DNA of 16,144 bases from a bacterium (lineage in GTDB: Bacteria; Hinthialibacterota; Hinthialibacteria; Hinthialibacterales; Hinthialibacteraceae), in NCBI GenBank assembly GCA_041946805.1, contig JBHGBC010000140.1, positions 1 through 16,144 on the forward strand, in the 5' to 3' direction. The notes under the pieces are model-generated. The model searched no databases. It saw nothing but the letters and a program-made list of their open reading frames with translations, and was not told where the DNA came from. How positions within the stretch are numbered: the stretch's first letter is position 1; every line of letters starts with the position of its first letter. Positions 14,666 to 16,144 of the stretch are shown piece after piece. Position numbers and translations under genes: made by a program.

Positions 14666-14698
14666 CCCTCTCCCCCGGGGAGAGGGCCACCGTGAGGG
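14666..14698 (+). repeat. Triplex-type element
   Basis: CCCTCTCCC-CCG-GGGAGAGGG-CCA-CCGTGAGGG, preceded by TACCCGAAAT, similar to TACCCTAAAT at 3904. Confidence 0.8.
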
Positions 14699-14907
14699 AA
14701 TGCCTTTCCTCGGCGCCAACCCTCTCTGTGGGTCCCCTTCGCTGAGGGGAATGAAAATAGGTTCCTTCGGTTCTAAGTCTGGGTATTGTAATACGATTTC
14801 CCCCTTCTGTACACCTGGGCGGGATGAACCATAAATCAGAGACGCCTCGGCCCGACGGCGCGCCTCTCCGGTCTCCCCCATGGCTCTCTTCCGGCTGGCG
14901 GGGACTC

Positions 14908-15540
14908 TCAAAGCGGGGCGGGATGCGTTTTTATCTCGGGGGCCGACTCATGACTCTTGATCGTTTGATAATCGGCGATCCGCCACGCATCCTCTTCATA
15001 CAAAAATTCGTATTCACGGTGAAGCGTCAGATCCTTGTTGGGCATCTTGTGCAATTCAATGCAATAGATCGACATCTTGTTGCCCTGCATGGGCGAGGCG
15101 GAGATTTCCACGATCCGTTTGGAGATCGGCCCCACCGTGTGCCGGTCCTGGTACTTCCGCATGCGCTGCAAAACGTATTCGTTGACATCATTCGTCTTCT
15201 TCTTCAGCATGGGAAAACAGCGGGCCAGGCAGAAAAATTCCGTCTCGAAATCCTGCTTGTTCCACGCGTCGACGAACTTCCGGCAGATCTCCTCGCTGCG
15301 CAGGTTCCGCAAGGCGTTTTTCTTCGCTTCATGCTGGGAATTCAATATGCCGGCCGCTTCCCCGCCCAGGGATCCCAAATGATGCTGCTCCGCCGACCGC
15401 AACTTGTGCACCTTGCGCAACAGCGATTCGACCAGCTGGTCATAAGTCTCCCGCTCCTTGGAGGTCAGATGCTTCGCTGAGTAATACAGCATCTTCCCCA
15501 ACAGCGATATCTGGGCCTCTTCCGCGAGCATGGTTCCCAT
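14908..15540 (-). CDS. Hypothetical protein: helical N-terminus, possible NTF2-like C-terminal domain
   Basis: Start ATG 15540 behind GGGGAGGG (210 aa). EEICRKFVDAWNKQDFE...EYEFLYEEDAWRIAD matches the first-helix and last-hairpin pattern of NTF2-like folds. The fold call is inference. Confidence 0.75.
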   Translation of the reverse strand: MGTMLAEEAQISLLGKMLYYSAKHLTSKERETYDQLVESLLRKVHKLRSAEQHHLGSLGGEAAGILNSQHEAKKNALRNLRSEEICRKFVDAWNKQDFETEFFCLARCFPMLKKKTNDVNEYVLQRMRKYQDRHTVGPISKRIVEISASPMQGNKMSIYCIELHKMPNKDLTLHREYEFLYEEDAWRIADYQTIKSHESAPEIKTHPAPL

Positions 15541-15645
15541 TTTTACGCCCTCCCCAATTCCGGATGTCACTCTGGATGCTCCTTGCCGTATCCTCACCTC
15601 GCCGGGAAATTCCCGCCCCGCCCGCCGGGCGCGGGCCGGTGGCCG

Positions 15646-16074
15646 TTACAGGGACAGCTGGTACTCGATGTCGTCGGTGGTGCCCTTGATTTTGTCCTTT
15701 CCCGCGCTGTGGAGGAAAATGGTGCGGTTGTCGAGTGCCCGCATTTCGTATTCGTTGCCAAACCGGTCCCGGGTCACGTCCCCGCTGGCGTCGCCCGACT
15801 GCTCCAACTCCGCCAGGCTCCGGGGAAAGCGGCCATGCTGGGTTTGGAACATCATCAGACTCGTTTTCAACGCCGGGAGGTTGAAGGTGTCGCGTTCGTT
15901 TTCGATCTCCAGATAGTTGTCCAAGGCCGTCTTGCCGATGAAACTGTCGATCACGTCATGCTTCCCATCCGGGGAAACCATGTCCTGCTTCGCCTTGTTG
16001 TACAAACTTCGTCCGGCGTTGGCGCCGGCCAGCAGCGCGATGAGAATGACCAACCATTTCAACGCGGTTTTCAT
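15646..16074 (-). CDS. GspG (T2SS pseudopilin) globular-domain protein with N-terminal hydrophobic segment
   Basis: LKTSLMMFQTQHGRFPRSLAEL, DRFGNEY (cf. DPWGN.Y) and LHSAGKDKIKGTTDDI (cf. S.G.DG..GT.DDI). SD AAAGGA. No G-FTLIE prepilin motif. Confidence 0.8.
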   Translation of the reverse strand: MKTALKWLVILIALLAGANAGRSLYNKAKQDMVSPDGKHDVIDSFIGKTALDNYLEIENERDTFNLPALKTSLMMFQTQHGRFPRSLAELEQSGDASGDVTRDRFGNEYEMRALDNRTIFLHSAGKDKIKGTTDDIEYQLSL

Positions 16075-16144
16075 GTCTCTATCCTTTCACTGCCTATATT
16101 GTTATGAAATTGAATCGAAAAATCAAGATATTTTCAAACGATGA

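Overview
GC-rich bacterial chromosomal window. Bases 1-5100 hold the conserved translation cluster tRNA-Val(GAC)-thrS-infC-rpmI-rplT-pheS, preceded by a consensus sigma70 promoter. infC probably starts at a non-canonical ATT, and pheT does not follow pheS. Instead, an AT-rich single-gene islet follows pheS, bounded by 23-bp direct repeats 470 bp apart that include the pheS stop codon. The rest is accessory/housekeeping genes: a Tat-exported sugar isomerase-like TIM barrel, a class I/II aminotransferase, an MgtE lacking its N-domain, an M61 peptidase, a membrane-anchored lytic transglycosylase with a long and possibly switch-like 5' leader, an NTF2-like hypothetical protein and a GspG-domain protein without a prepilin motif. 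Most large intergenic gaps contain mosaics of two short hairpin repeat families: a triplex-type CCCTCTCCC/GGGAGAGGG/GGGTGAGGG element and a two-hairpin 'TAGCC' REP-like module. These repeats are almost all oriented on the same strand, and homologous mosaics bracket mgtE. No transposase, integrase or CRISPR array is visible. Protein family calls come from motif recognition only; no database searches were run.
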